Origin: a bacterium
GTDB lineage: Bacteria > Zhuqueibacterota > Zhuqueibacteria > Oceanimicrobiales > Oceanimicrobiaceae
Assembly (NCBI GenBank): GCA_046758365.1
Contig: JBHIAC010000005.1
Location: 1 to 64,000 of the forward strand
Length of the DNA stretch: 64,000 nucleotides
Reading direction: 5' to 3'
The notes under the pieces: generated by a model
The model's input: only the letters and a program-made list of their open reading frames with translations
Told to the model about the DNA's origin: nothing
Databases searched by the model: none
Made by a program: the position numbers and the translations under genes
Part shown: positions 31,444-41,654 of the stretch, one piece after another
How positions within the stretch are numbered: the stretch's first letter is position 1
Layout of the letters: each line of letters opens with the position of its first letter

Positions 31444-32688
31444 TTAGAGTTGATACAAAATTTCCCCAGCATTCCGTACCAAAAGAATCCCTTCCTCCTC
31501 ACGCCCTTCCCAATCCTTTGGACTTATGGCTTGGGGATCAATATATCCCAAATTAATCCTTCGGCACCTTTCTTCTGGAATTTGAGTTGCGAGAATAACG
31601 TTTATTCTCGGCGTTTCAACCCCATTTTCATAAGTTCCAATGCCTTTGACGTGGGTGGCATGCGCCAAGACTCCTTTGGGGATATCCCAGAACTTATCTA
31701 TTTTATTTACAAAATAATCTCGAACGTGATATCCAATTTGATCGATGATTTCCCCGTGGGTGTAAGAAACTTCTGAAATATGAGGAGCATAAATGATAAG
31801 GTCTCCTCCTTCAGCAACCACGGATTCTAGTTTGTACATACACTTCCCTGCCGTCCAAAGGTCCTCGTACATCAACGGTGCCATAGAAAGCACCCTATGG
31901 AACGACCGCAGCTTATGTACAATGTGCAGCTTAGCTGACAAATCAGCCGCTTTCGAATAAGCTTCTTCTGGCGTGCCAACGAAAAGTCCATTTAATCCAG
32001 ATTTTGTCACTACCAGACTAAAACAGAGCCTAGGCACAGGCAGAAAGGAAGCGGCTCGATCGATGATTTTTCTTACGGGTGTGTATTTGGTACCTATAAT
32101 TTCAGGGTTTGTAATTAAGGCCCCGAGCCAATGAAACATATTTAGAATTTCAGGTCCGGAAATACCTGGGAACAGGTACTTATTTCCACCTGAGAATCCA
32201 ACGACTTCATGAGGAAAGGTAGGCCCCACCATCACGAGGAAGTCATATTCGAATACCATTTTATTAAGGGCCACCGTTGTCGCATCATTCATTAAACCAT
32301 GAGTAATTTCATAAATTTCATCCCCTGGTATAGTACCGATGACCTGTAAAGTATTTGCATCGTTCCAGGTGTGATTAAAAAATCGAACCATACCATATTT
32401 ATCTACTCTTTCTTGTGCTGAGATGCCGACTCTTTGATAAATCTTTTCCTCATTCATAGGTGGGTGGGTTCCCAGTGCGATAAGATAGTCCAAATGGTTA
32501 ACCCTCTCCCCTATCAAATTGAAAAAGACCCGAAAAAAAATCTCGATCGGTGCTGTTCGTGAAATGTCTGGGACGATCACCAAAACCTTCTTGTCATCTA
32601 AGTTTATCTCTGAGAAGGCTTTTGAAGAAATTTCTTCAACTTCTTCTTCGGAAATTACGCCTTGTTCGAGTCCTTTTCCAATAATCAC
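31444..32688 (-). CDS. LarA (lactate racemase) family nickel-pincer epimerase
   Basis: VPDISRT, ALGTH, FNH, PHEVVGFSGGNK..FPG, FHW, AGK motifs; GTG start. Confidence 0.85.
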   Translation of the reverse strand: MIIGKGLEQGVISEEEVEEISSKAFSEINLDDKKVLVIVPDISRTAPIEIFFRVFFNLIGERVNHLDYLIALGTHPPMNEEKIYQRVGISAQERVDKYGMVRFFNHTWNDANTLQVIGTIPGDEIYEITHGLMNDATTVALNKMVFEYDFLVMVGPTFPHEVVGFSGGNKYLFPGISGPEILNMFHWLGALITNPEIIGTKYTPVRKIIDRAASFLPVPRLCFSLVVTKSGLNGLFVGTPEEAYSKAADLSAKLHIVHKLRSFHRVLSMAPLMYEDLWTAGKCMYKLESVVAEGGDLIIYAPHISEVSYTHGEIIDQIGYHVRDYFVNKIDKFWDIPKGVLAHATHVKGIGTYENGVETPRINVILATQIPEERCRRINLGYIDPQAISPKDWEGREEEGILLVRNAGEILYQL

Positions 32689-32694
32689 TTTTTT

Positions 32695-33516
32695 TCACCA
32701 TACCACTTTCGAAAGAATAGGCCGCAGAAATTCCACTGTCTTCTCTGCGCACGTATCGGAATCGGGTAAAGGAAGAATCTCTGCCGATAAAAATCCTTTA
32801 TATCCAACCTCATTTAGTACTTCCACTATGCGTTTGAAATCAATATGCCCAGCACCTGGATACCATCGGTTGGAGTCCGCGACGTGAAAATGGAAAATTC
32901 GGTTGCCGGCTTGTTGAATACTATCTTCAATAGAAGGTTCTTCAATATTCATGTGAAAAGTATCTAATAATAAACCGAGATTTTCTGAAGCCACTTTTTC
33001 AATCAAATCCAATCCATCTGCCACAGTATTCACTAAATTTGTCTCGTATCGGTTGATGGGTTCCAAGGCCAATTTTATCCCAAGTCTACTGGCAGCATCC
33101 GAGCATTCTTTCAGAGCTTCTACCAACCAATTTGAGGCTTGTTTATGTTCCAGATTTTCTGTCACCCTTCCACGGATTAGGCCAATGATTACCTGAGCCT
33201 GGAAATTAGCTGCGAAACCGATATGCGCTTTTATCCGCTGAACCGCTGTCTCACGAATTTTTTCATTTGGATGTGTGAAACAGAGCCCATCTTCTCCATA
33301 CGCTTGACCGGTTCCAATGGCTGGCGCTGAGAGGTTCATTTCTTTAAGGCTTTTTTTTATGTGTTTTACTGTCAGCAATTCAGGATTCCGCACGGCCAGT
33401 TCAACGCCATCATAGCCAAGGGCTGCAATCTTTGCTATGTTAGCCTCTAATTCACCCTGGTAAGCCAAAGCAGAAAAAGCAGCTGGCTGGGTGGATAGTA
33501 CGATACTTAGTTTCAT
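32695..33516 (-). CDS. iolO: 5-keto-L-gluconate epimerase IolO (D-tagatose 3-epimerase-like TIM barrel)
   Basis: MKLSIVLST..AAF.ALA, AIGTGQAY..DGL, IIGLIRG, EPINRYET, DTFHMNIEE, HVADSNRW.PG, as recalled for T. maritima TM0416. Confidence 0.85.
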   Translation of the reverse strand: MKLSIVLSTQPAAFSALAYQGELEANIAKIAALGYDGVELAVRNPELLTVKHIKKSLKEMNLSAPAIGTGQAYGEDGLCFTHPNEKIRETAVQRIKAHIGFAANFQAQVIIGLIRGRVTENLEHKQASNWLVEALKECSDAASRLGIKLALEPINRYETNLVNTVADGLDLIEKVASENLGLLLDTFHMNIEEPSIEDSIQQAGNRIFHFHVADSNRWYPGAGHIDFKRIVEVLNEVGYKGFLSAEILPLPDSDTCAEKTVEFLRPILSKVVW

Positions 33517-33571
33517 ATTCAATTTTCATTTTACATTTTGCAATTCTTATTTACCTTTACTATCATCCATT

Positions 33572-34678
33572 TTAACATCCTATTTTCGGAAGCGCATATA
33601 CTGTCTTCCAACCTGGGCTGAGTGGCTCTTTAAGATACGGTTCCATCTCTTCTTGACTCCGCAGACAAACCTTCTCGACTGGTGGAACTTTTCCCGGAGG
33701 AAAGGCCTCCAATATTTGATCATTAATCAACGTTAAATACTTCAAAATTGCAGCAATGCAGCGTTTGGCTTTATGAGGTTCACCAAGAGTGGGACGACCG
33801 ACTACGCCTTCCGGGGTAGAAGCCAATTCAATCCCAAAATGCCCCTGCCCCTCTGACCAGCTCATGGGTCGCTGGTAAGGATCTACAGCTTTGTCGAAAT
33901 GCCCGTCAGGTAGAAACCCTTCTGGTTCGGTATCCACCGCATATTCCATATCCACGGATTGCTCGCCCATCAGCAGTCGAATCACAGCGGTTTCCGCTTC
34001 GTCGGCATGAATAAAATCTGTGTCGAATGGTCCGCCTCGGCCTTTTGTGCGGAAAAACTCCCGTACAGCACGATGCCAATCCACTGTCCAGAATATACCA
34101 GGCAGATTATATTTTTTCTGGAATTCCTGAATGGCGGACTCCAGAACCCACTGTTGTCCATGATTGTTAACAAAAATCTGCTTTCGAAAACCATCGTTCC
34201 ACAAGCCAAGCATGACATTCATCAGCGTGCACCGAGCTACTTCTTCTTCAAGAAAAATCGTGCCAGGCATCCCAACATGATGGTGCGGATGGGCGCCATA
34301 GTTGAGAGGCGAATAAACCAGATTAATAGGTCTCCCCTGTTTGAGTGTATACCGCCTAACCCCTTCTAAAATTTGTGTAGTCATAAAGGTGTCCAAGGCT
34401 GTAATAGTATGGAGGCCGTGATTTTCGGTGGTTCCCAGAGGTATGAAAACAATGTCGTTTTTCTTACGGTTCTCGATTACTTTCTGTCGAACCGTATTTT
34501 GGATGTAGGTTCCCGGCTTTCCCAATTCAGATGGCGAAGGAATGCCATATTCTTCTAAAATGTTATCTATTTCTATGTCCGAAGCTTTCCATAGCTGTTT
34601 TTTCAACCGGCCCACGGGTGTGTCTTCAAATCGGAGGTCGGGACGATTAGATTCTAACCATTTGGATTCTTCGATCAT
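33572..34678 (-). CDS. iolN: 3-dehydro-scyllo-inosose hydrolase IolN (creatininase family)
   Basis: PLGTTENHG, HPHHHVGMPGT, NNHG, FIHADEAET, TPEGVVG; lies with iolM and iolO; ATG 34678 after AAGGAG. Confidence 0.85.
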   Translation of the reverse strand: MIEESKWLESNRPDLRFEDTPVGRLKKQLWKASDIEIDNILEEYGIPSPSELGKPGTYIQNTVRQKVIENRKKNDIVFIPLGTTENHGLHTITALDTFMTTQILEGVRRYTLKQGRPINLVYSPLNYGAHPHHHVGMPGTIFLEEEVARCTLMNVMLGLWNDGFRKQIFVNNHGQQWVLESAIQEFQKKYNLPGIFWTVDWHRAVREFFRTKGRGGPFDTDFIHADEAETAVIRLLMGEQSVDMEYAVDTEPEGFLPDGHFDKAVDPYQRPMSWSEGQGHFGIELASTPEGVVGRPTLGEPHKAKRCIAAILKYLTLINDQILEAFPPGKVPPVEKVCLRSQEEMEPYLKEPLSPGWKTVYALPKIGC

Positions 34679-34752
34679 AACTTTTACTCCTTTCAAAAAA
34701 TTTCAATGCATTTAAATTATTCTTATTCTACTATAGTTTAATAATTAGTTAA

Positions 34753-35778
34753 TCAGAAGTCAGTTACCACGACCTTTGTACCCTGTCCAGCACGTAAAGC
34801 TTTCAGACCTTCATGAATTTCAGATAGTGAAATTTTATGGCTAATTATGGTTTCTAAATCTAAAATACCACTCTCGATTGTTTTAACGGCCAATGGAAAA
34901 GTATTAAGCGCGATGTAGGTACCCATAACGGTTATTTCATTGCGGGTAATATCGTACTGTTTAATGGGCGGTTTAGCATGTTGGTTCATGCCAAATAACA
35001 GGATACGACCGCCCAAACGTACTGATTCTATGGTCTGGTCAAACAGGCTTCCAACCGTATCAACCACGACATCAGCGCCTATTTTTGTTTCTTCTTGGAT
35101 GGTTTCCTTCAAATTTTCTTTTTCAGGATTAATGATTAAATCAGCACGCAATTTGCGGGCATATTCGCTTCTATAAGAAGAAATCTCAGCAACGATGATT
35201 TTTCCAGCTCCAGCAGCTTTAAACATCTGGATAAAAAGCAGACCAATAGGACCTGCACCCAGAATGACCACATTTTCACCTGGGTGCAGTTTAACCTTTT
35301 GGGTGCCATTGATAATGCAAGAAAGAGGTTCGACCAGAGCCGCTAAATGTGGAGGAACCGCGGATGAAATCTTGTGCAGTGCTTTCGACGATGCTATATT
35401 GTAGGCAGCTAAACCGCCGTTTAAAAAAATCCCTAAGGCGGTCATATTTTCGCAGCTATTGGGATAACCCATCAAGCAGTAAATACAATGCCCACAGGTA
35501 AGATTGGGATCGATCACTACATGATCACCTGGTTTCAGATGGGTGACTGCTGAGCCGACCTCTATGATTTTGGCGGTGTATTCATGGCCAAGAATGACGT
35601 TTGGATTGGCGGGATGTCCAGGTGGTACAGATAAAATATGCAAATCAGTGCCGCAAATCCCAGTGGCCCGAACCGCAAGAAGTACCTCATTATCTTTTTC
35701 AATTTTAGGAATTGGCGCTTCTTTCACCACAAGCTTTCCTTCACCCTCAAACACTGCTGCAAGCATTTTTTCTTTCAT
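34753..35778 (-). CDS. zinc-dependent dehydrogenase (sorbitol/idonate/threonine DH-like)
   Basis: GICGTDLH, GHE, CGHCIYC...C, GAGPIG. Confidence 0.88.
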   Translation of the reverse strand: MKEKMLAAVFEGEGKLVVKEAPIPKIEKDNEVLLAVRATGICGTDLHILSVPPGHPANPNVILGHEYTAKIIEVGSAVTHLKPGDHVVIDPNLTCGHCIYCLMGYPNSCENMTALGIFLNGGLAAYNIASSKALHKISSAVPPHLAALVEPLSCIINGTQKVKLHPGENVVILGAGPIGLLFIQMFKAAGAGKIIVAEISSYRSEYARKLRADLIINPEKENLKETIQEETKIGADVVVDTVGSLFDQTIESVRLGGRILLFGMNQHAKPPIKQYDITRNEITVMGTYIALNTFPLAVKTIESGILDLETIISHKISLSEIHEGLKALRAGQGTKVVVTDF

Positions 35779-35897
35779 GTTAGTTTAATATCCTTCTTAA
35801 AAATATTAACACAAGGGTACAAATTGCGTAAATTTTTAATTAAATATTCGATTTATCACAATATTCAGAAATTTACTTTTATCCATATTTAATAAAA

Positions 35898-37079
35898 TTA
35901 GGATATTTTAACCATGATCTTGCCATCCGCACGTTCTTTTGATAAATGTTCAATGGCATCAACGGCTTCATTTAATGGACGTAAGGAAGTTATCGCTTTA
36001 GTCATATCGATTCGTCCTGAACCCATCATCCGAATCACGTAGGGAAAAATTGCATGCCCTGAATGGCCTTGGGAGCCAAAAATCTGACTGCGGCGAACTT
36101 GTAAGGCTTCAAGATACATAGGAACTTGTTCAGCCGCACGACCAATAATGACAATTTTGCCGTTAATAGCCAAAGATGCTTCCATTTCACGAATAGATTT
36201 ATTCATGGCGCCTGCGGCTTCTACTTGCACATCCGCACCTTCACCTTTGGTTAACTCCAAAACGATATCACGAGGATTGGTACCATCTTTAGCCAAAGCC
36301 ACAGGATCATAAACATCATCTGCTCCCATGGTTTTAGCCAATTTTTTTCTAGTTTCTGATACCTCAAAAGCGATAACTCTTGCAGCCCCAGCCGCGCGCG
36401 ATAGGGCTATCGAAGCTAATCCTATTGGCCCTGCACCGTATATTACCACATAAGCTCCGGGTTTAAATCCTCTAGAACGTATGAATAACCCATTGTAGGC
36501 TACAGAGCTTGGTTCACAAAAAGCGGCCGCTTGCATGGCCTTGTCGAAATCGCCATATCGGTCCACTAAAGCGTCTACTGGCCAGCAGTATTTAGAACCG
36601 ACAACAATATAATCTGCAAATGCGCCATCAATTGTAAATCCAATTTCTTCTAGATTTGTACAATGATTTGGATAACCATTCCGACACGGAACACAATGAC
36701 CACACCATATCATTTCTTCACAAGTCACAGGGGTGCCAGGCTTTAAATCTTGGACCTTTTTCCCTACTTCTTCTACGATTCCTGAAAATTCATGCCCAAG
36801 TATTGAAGGGAATTTTGTAAGACCAGGATAAAGCATATAACCATCTTGATCTGTTTCATAAAAATGTACATCAGAACCACAGACTCCACAATATTTTACA
36901 CGAATAACAACATCATCGGGGCTAGGTGTAGGAGCGTTAACAGAATCAATTTTTAATTTTGGATGCCGCCAAATGCTGGAGCCGGTAATAGCCTTGCCTG
37001 TTTTTTTCTCAAATTCCGAAAGGCTATAATCCTTCCTTGGGGCCCATTGGGCTTCTAATATTAATCCTTTCATAGTCAT
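35898..37079 (-). CDS. iolM: scyllo-inosose 3-dehydrogenase IolM
   Basis: Distinctive N terminus (AQWAPR...GSSIWRHP), GYMLYPGLT.FP..LGHEFSG, EEMIWCGHC, GSQGHSGH, as recalled for TM0412. Confidence 0.88.
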   Translation of the reverse strand: MTMKGLILEAQWAPRKDYSLSEFEKKTGKAITGSSIWRHPKLKIDSVNAPTPSPDDVVIRVKYCGVCGSDVHFYETDQDGYMLYPGLTKFPSILGHEFSGIVEEVGKKVQDLKPGTPVTCEEMIWCGHCVPCRNGYPNHCTNLEEIGFTIDGAFADYIVVGSKYCWPVDALVDRYGDFDKAMQAAAFCEPSSVAYNGLFIRSRGFKPGAYVVIYGAGPIGLASIALSRAAGAARVIAFEVSETRKKLAKTMGADDVYDPVALAKDGTNPRDIVLELTKGEGADVQVEAAGAMNKSIREMEASLAINGKIVIIGRAAEQVPMYLEALQVRRSQIFGSQGHSGHAIFPYVIRMMGSGRIDMTKAITSLRPLNEAVDAIEHLSKERADGKIMVKIS

Positions 37080-37107
37080 TCTCCTATTTGTAAATAACAG
37101 TTAAAAA

Positions 37108-38133
37108 TTAAGTATTTAACTTGAGCTTTTGAATTTCAATTTGACGATTTTGTTCAAATGACAATTTAGCAGATAAACTGATTTGTAATGCTGCAATACC
37201 ATCAGCGCATGTAATCGATGGTTCCTTCTCATTCAAGACCTTTGCGACAAAATCTTGCAATTGTGCAATATAAGCATCTCCAAAACGTTCCATAAAGTAT
37301 GGAACTGTGTCGTGAGAGATTCCTTCTTTAGACATGACTAATATTGGTGTTTCCCTTAAATACCCAATCTTTAACGTCCCCTTGGTACCTAAAATTTCTG
37401 TGCGGATATCATATCCGTAAACCCCATTTCGGCTTAAATCGACTACCCCCAATGTTCCATTTACAAAATTAATGTTTGTTATTCCATTGTCAATGTCTCC
37501 TATCTCATTCATCTCAGGATAGGCTAAGGTACCCCCCATACTGTAAACGCTTTTTACTTCTCCCATAAACCATCGAGCAAGATCAAAATCATGTATACCC
37601 ATATCGGTAAATAAACCACCACTAATGTTAGGGTCTGTATATTCAAGACTGGGGCGATATGGATCTCTTGAAGAAGATTTGAAAACAACGGGTTTACCTA
37701 TCATTCCTCCATCAATTTTACGTTTTGCGGCTGCATATCCTTTATCAAACCTTCGCATAAAACCCATGTGAAAAAATACACCAGTATCTTCAATGGCTTG
37801 CTTAATTTCATAGGCTTCCTTAAGAGACAAGGTTAAAGGCTTTTCACAAAAAATTGCTTTTCTTTGCTTTGTGGCTTCAACGATAATATTTTTATGTGTA
37901 CTGGTTGAGGTGACAACCACAACTGCATCAATTTCTTTATCAGCAATCAAATCTTGGTAGTTTTTATAATATTTAGATACAATTAACTCTTTTGCGCATG
38001 ACTTGGCAAGATTTTCATTTATATCTGATATAGCTAACAAATTTGCATTTGGAATGCGGTACTTAATATAATTGGCGTAATTGCTTCCTAACCGCCCTAA
38101 GCCTACTAAACCTATATTTATTTTTTTATTCAT
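37108..38133 (-). CDS. iolG: inositol 2-dehydrogenase (Gfo/Idh/MocA family)
   Basis: GLGRLG, FCEKP, GFMRRFD, SRDP, SGGLFTDMGIHDFDLARW, YGYDIRTE. Confidence 0.88.
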   Translation of the reverse strand: MNKKINIGLVGLGRLGSNYANYIKYRIPNANLLAISDINENLAKSCAKELIVSKYYKNYQDLIADKEIDAVVVVTSTSTHKNIIVEATKQRKAIFCEKPLTLSLKEAYEIKQAIEDTGVFFHMGFMRRFDKGYAAAKRKIDGGMIGKPVVFKSSSRDPYRPSLEYTDPNISGGLFTDMGIHDFDLARWFMGEVKSVYSMGGTLAYPEMNEIGDIDNGITNINFVNGTLGVVDLSRNGVYGYDIRTEILGTKGTLKIGYLRETPILVMSKEGISHDTVPYFMERFGDAYIAQLQDFVAKVLNEKEPSITCADGIAALQISLSAKLSFEQNRQIEIQKLKLNT

Positions 38134-38135
38134 TA

Positions 38136-39074
38136 TTATTCTAACCTTGTAATTAGTTCTATTTTGACAGGGATATTTTCTGGTATACTTTCCTTGTTAA
38201 TCAAGCGATAGGCATTTTCTACAGCAAGCCTACCCATTTCTTCAGGATGTTGCGCAATGGTAGCTGTCATCTCTTCTCTCTGAATAGCTTCTCGAGCCTC
38301 AGTAAAGGCATCAAATCCCACTACGATGATTTCCCCGGTTTTTTCTGCAGCAGCAATAGCCTCGATGGCCCCCAATGCCATCAAATCACTGCAAGCAAAA
38401 AGGGCTTGGACTTCAGGATGGGATTGAAGAATATTTTGAAAAACATTAAATCCTTGATCTCTTTCCCAGTTTGCTGTTTGAGATGTAACAATTTCAATTC
38501 CTGGTACATTGTCAACAATTTGATGGAAGCCTTTCAGTCTGGAATCACCTGTTTCATGCCCTGGAATGCCTTCAAGTATAGCCACCTTTCCTCTGCCACC
38601 CAGTCTTTTTACAATATATTCTCCAGCGATTTTGCCTCCTTCGAAATTATCCGAACCAATAAAAGTAGCGATTTGCCCCCCAGCTTCATTCAAGGTGGTG
38701 GAATCCACACGAGTGTCTAATATTAAAACTGGGATACCCATTTGATTTGCCTTAACAATCGCTGGCACGATTTCTTTTGAACCACTGGGGGTCAGACAAA
38801 GCGCATCTACTTTTCTTTGAATTAGGTTCTCGATAATTTGCATCTGTTTTTCTACATCCAACTCCCGCTCAGCCGCTTGAATTATCAAGTTGATGCCTAA
38901 TTTATTGGCAGCTTCTTCAGCTCCTTTTTGCATATCGATAAAAAAAGGATTATTTAACGTTTTCATTACTAGCGCTATTGTAAGGCCATCTACGGTTTGT
39001 TTTTCTCCTCGCTGACATCCTATCAAAGCAATGAACAAAGCGCAAAAAATAGCAAATATCAAAGACTCTTTCAT
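38136..39074 (-). CDS. sugar ABC transporter substrate-binding lipoprotein (RbsB-like)
   Basis: Lipobox LIGC; KTLNNPFF, IGSDNFEGG, GFDA, TIAQHP. Confidence 0.9.
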   Translation of the reverse strand: MKESLIFAIFCALFIALIGCQRGEKQTVDGLTIALVMKTLNNPFFIDMQKGAEEAANKLGINLIIQAAERELDVEKQMQIIENLIQRKVDALCLTPSGSKEIVPAIVKANQMGIPVLILDTRVDSTTLNEAGGQIATFIGSDNFEGGKIAGEYIVKRLGGRGKVAILEGIPGHETGDSRLKGFHQIVDNVPGIEIVTSQTANWERDQGFNVFQNILQSHPEVQALFACSDLMALGAIEAIAAAEKTGEIIVVGFDAFTEAREAIQREEMTATIAQHPEEMGRLAVENAYRLINKESIPENIPVKIELITRLE

Positions 39075-39104
39075 TCGCCTTCCCTCCTTTTTTAATTATT
39101 TTAA

Positions 39105-39210
39105 GACTTCTGCAAAATTAATTTAAAGCATGCTCAAAATAGGTGTACAGGATTCAGCCTACCTATGTCAATCTAAACCTAAAGGTTGTACACCCTATTT
39201 TGCAGAAGTC
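39105..39210. mobile_element. 106-bp MITE-like element
   Basis: Perfect 14-bp terminal IR GACTTCTGCAAAAT / ATTTTGCAGAAGTC, flanked by TAA on both sides (39102-39104, 39211-39213); no ORF. Confidence 0.65.
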
Positions 39211-39214
39211 TAAA

Positions 39215-40162
39215 TTATTTTCTTTGCTTCTTCAAGGCCATATCCATTAATACCGCAGCAATGATCACAGAGCCAATTACAGTCTGTTGAATGAAAGAAG
39301 ATACGCCTAAAAGATTGAGACCATTTCTTAGAACGCCCATAATTAAAGCGCCAATTAGCGTACCAAATACCGTTCCTTCACCGCCCATTAAACTAGTGCC
39401 GCCTATGACGGTGGCAGCGATGGCATCTAATTCATACATAATACCTGCAATGGGTTGGGCAGAATTTAATCGAGCGGTTAGAATTATTGCAGCCAATCCA
39501 CTTAACATTCCACATAGTCCATAAACTGCAGATTTATAAAATATTACGTTCACCCCAGATAAAACTGCGGCTTCCTCATTACCACCTATCGCATACGTGT
39601 ACCGCCCCAATTTTGTCCGGGTTAATAGAAAGTGACCTATAAGATAGACCCCGATCATAATAATTACAGGCGTTGGGATATGAAAAATCTCACCTGTGGC
39701 CAAAAAGCGAAAGTCTTCTGAAAATCCTGAAATAGGTCGCCCTTGAGTATACAAAAGGGCAGCACCCCGGGCAACACTCATCATCCCTAAAGTAGAAATG
39801 AATGGTGGAAGCCGACCATACGTGATTAGTAAGCCATTTACTATCCCACATAACAAACCAATTCCTAAACCCACCAAAAGTGCTATGGGTAGAGGTAAGG
39901 CTAATTGTAATACGCTAGCTAAAACAACCCCAGAAAAAGCCAAAATAGATCCAACCGATAGATCAATCCCAGCAGTAATAATGACAAAAGTCATACCCAC
40001 GGCGATAATTGCATTGATGGAAGTCTGCTGTGCAACGTTTAGTAAATTTGAAATCGTTAAAAAATAAGGGGTCAAAATCCAAAGAACAATAGACAAACCA
40101 ATAAGTCCCAACAAGGTTCCGAATTGTCGTCCATAATGAAAGAAGAATTCTTTAAAGGTCAA
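39215..40162 (-). CDS. sugar ABC transporter permease (RbsC-like)
   Basis: GIDLSVGS, PPFISTLG, YAIGGNEEAA.LSG, YELDAIAATVIGGTSL. Confidence 0.92.
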   Translation of the reverse strand: MTFKEFFFHYGRQFGTLLGLIGLSIVLWILTPYFLTISNLLNVAQQTSINAIIAVGMTFVIITAGIDLSVGSILAFSGVVLASVLQLALPLPIALLVGLGIGLLCGIVNGLLITYGRLPPFISTLGMMSVARGAALLYTQGRPISGFSEDFRFLATGEIFHIPTPVIIMIGVYLIGHFLLTRTKLGRYTYAIGGNEEAAVLSGVNVIFYKSAVYGLCGMLSGLAAIILTARLNSAQPIAGIMYELDAIAATVIGGTSLMGGEGTVFGTLIGALIMGVLRNGLNLLGVSSFIQQTVIGSVIIAAVLMDMALKKQRK

Positions 40163-41654
40163 TTTCCTCCCCTAAAGCATAGTGCAAGATTTTTTCCTGG
40201 GTTGCTTCTTCAGCAGAAAGTTCTCCGTTGATTTTACCTTGATGCATAACTAAAATTCGATCACTCATTCCCAAAATTTCAGGTAATTCTGATGATATCA
40301 TGATAATGGCCACGCCCTCTTCCGTAAGCCGATTCATCAATTGATAGATTTCCACCTTTGATCCTACATCGATCCCACGGGTTGGTTCATCAAAGATAAG
40401 GATATCAGCCTGGCAACAAAGCCATTTACTGAGTACTACTTTTTGTTGATTACCTCCACTCAGATATATAACTTTTTGATTCAAATTTGGTGTTTTGATT
40501 CGCAGTTCTTTTACAAATTCGTATGCCCTTTGTTCCTCTTCTTTAATTCGAATAATTCCAAATTTAGATAATCTTTCGACGTTGGGAAGGCAGATATTTT
40601 CCTTCACTGGTAAAATTGATATTAATCCCTGCGTCTTTCGGTCTTCAGTTAAATAACCTATTCCTAAATTAATCGCTTTTCGAGGAGATTTAATGATTTG
40701 AAGTTTATTGTTGATGTAAATTTTACCTGATGCAATTTTATCAACACCAAATAACACTCTTGCTAATTCCGTCCGACCTGAACCTAGAAGACCAGCAATA
40801 CCCAAGACCTCTCCCCTGCGTAAGCAAAAACTAATATTCTTTAATATCCCATCTCCATTTAAATTTTCAACTCGTAAAACTTCTTTGCCAATCATCGTCT
40901 TTTGTTTGGGAAATTTTTCTGTTAGCTCTCGATTGACCATCATACGGATAAGCTCAGATGTGGTAACATCGCTGATTTTCTTGGTACCAATATATTTACC
41001 ATCGCGGAGGACTGTAACCCGATCGCCGATTTCAAATAATTCTTCCATTCGATGAGAAATATAAATTATAGAAACACCGTTTTCTTTTAGCTTACGAATA
41101 GTGGAAAAAAGCTCATTAATTTCGTGTTCGGTTAAGGCTGAAGTGGGTTCATCCATGATAAGAATTTTAGCATCGAACGAAATTGCTTTGGCTACCTCTA
41201 CCATCTGTTGTTGGGCTACCCCTAACTCTTTAACTAATTTGCGAGCATTTATTCCGACATCTAAATCATTTAAAATTTGCTGTGCTAAATTAAATAATAT
41301 TTTCTGATCAATTACTCCTGCATAGAGAATAGGTTCACGTCCTAGAAAAATATTCTCTCCTACCGATATGTGAGGTATTAGATTAAATTCCTGATAAATA
41401 ATACTTATTCCGATATCCTGCGCATGCTTTGGATTCTTTATTTCTATCTTTTTACCATCTAAAAAAATTTGTCCTTCTGTCTTTTGATAGGCTCCACTTA
41501 AAATTTTCATTAGTGTAGACTTTCCGGCTCCGTTTTCTCCTAATAGGATGTGCACTTCACCCTTACGAAGTTCAAAATGGACATTGTCTAACGCAACGAC
41601 TCCGGGAAAGGTCTTCCCGATATGCCTCATTTCAAGAATTACGTTGTTACTCAT
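40152..41654 (-). CDS. sugar ABC transporter ATP-binding protein (RbsA-like)
   Basis: GENGAGKST, DEPT, LSGGNQQK, DEPTRGIDVG; tandem ATPase domains. Confidence 0.95.
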   Translation of the reverse strand: MSNNVILEMRHIGKTFPGVVALDNVHFELRKGEVHILLGENGAGKSTLMKILSGAYQKTEGQIFLDGKKIEIKNPKHAQDIGISIIYQEFNLIPHISVGENIFLGREPILYAGVIDQKILFNLAQQILNDLDVGINARKLVKELGVAQQQMVEVAKAISFDAKILIMDEPTSALTEHEINELFSTIRKLKENGVSIIYISHRMEELFEIGDRVTVLRDGKYIGTKKISDVTTSELIRMMVNRELTEKFPKQKTMIGKEVLRVENLNGDGILKNISFCLRRGEVLGIAGLLGSGRTELARVLFGVDKIASGKIYINNKLQIIKSPRKAINLGIGYLTEDRKTQGLISILPVKENICLPNVERLSKFGIIRIKEEEQRAYEFVKELRIKTPNLNQKVIYLSGGNQQKVVLSKWLCCQADILIFDEPTRGIDVGSKVEIYQLMNRLTEEGVAIIMISSELPEILGMSDRILVMHQGKINGELSAEEATQEKILHYALGEEIDL

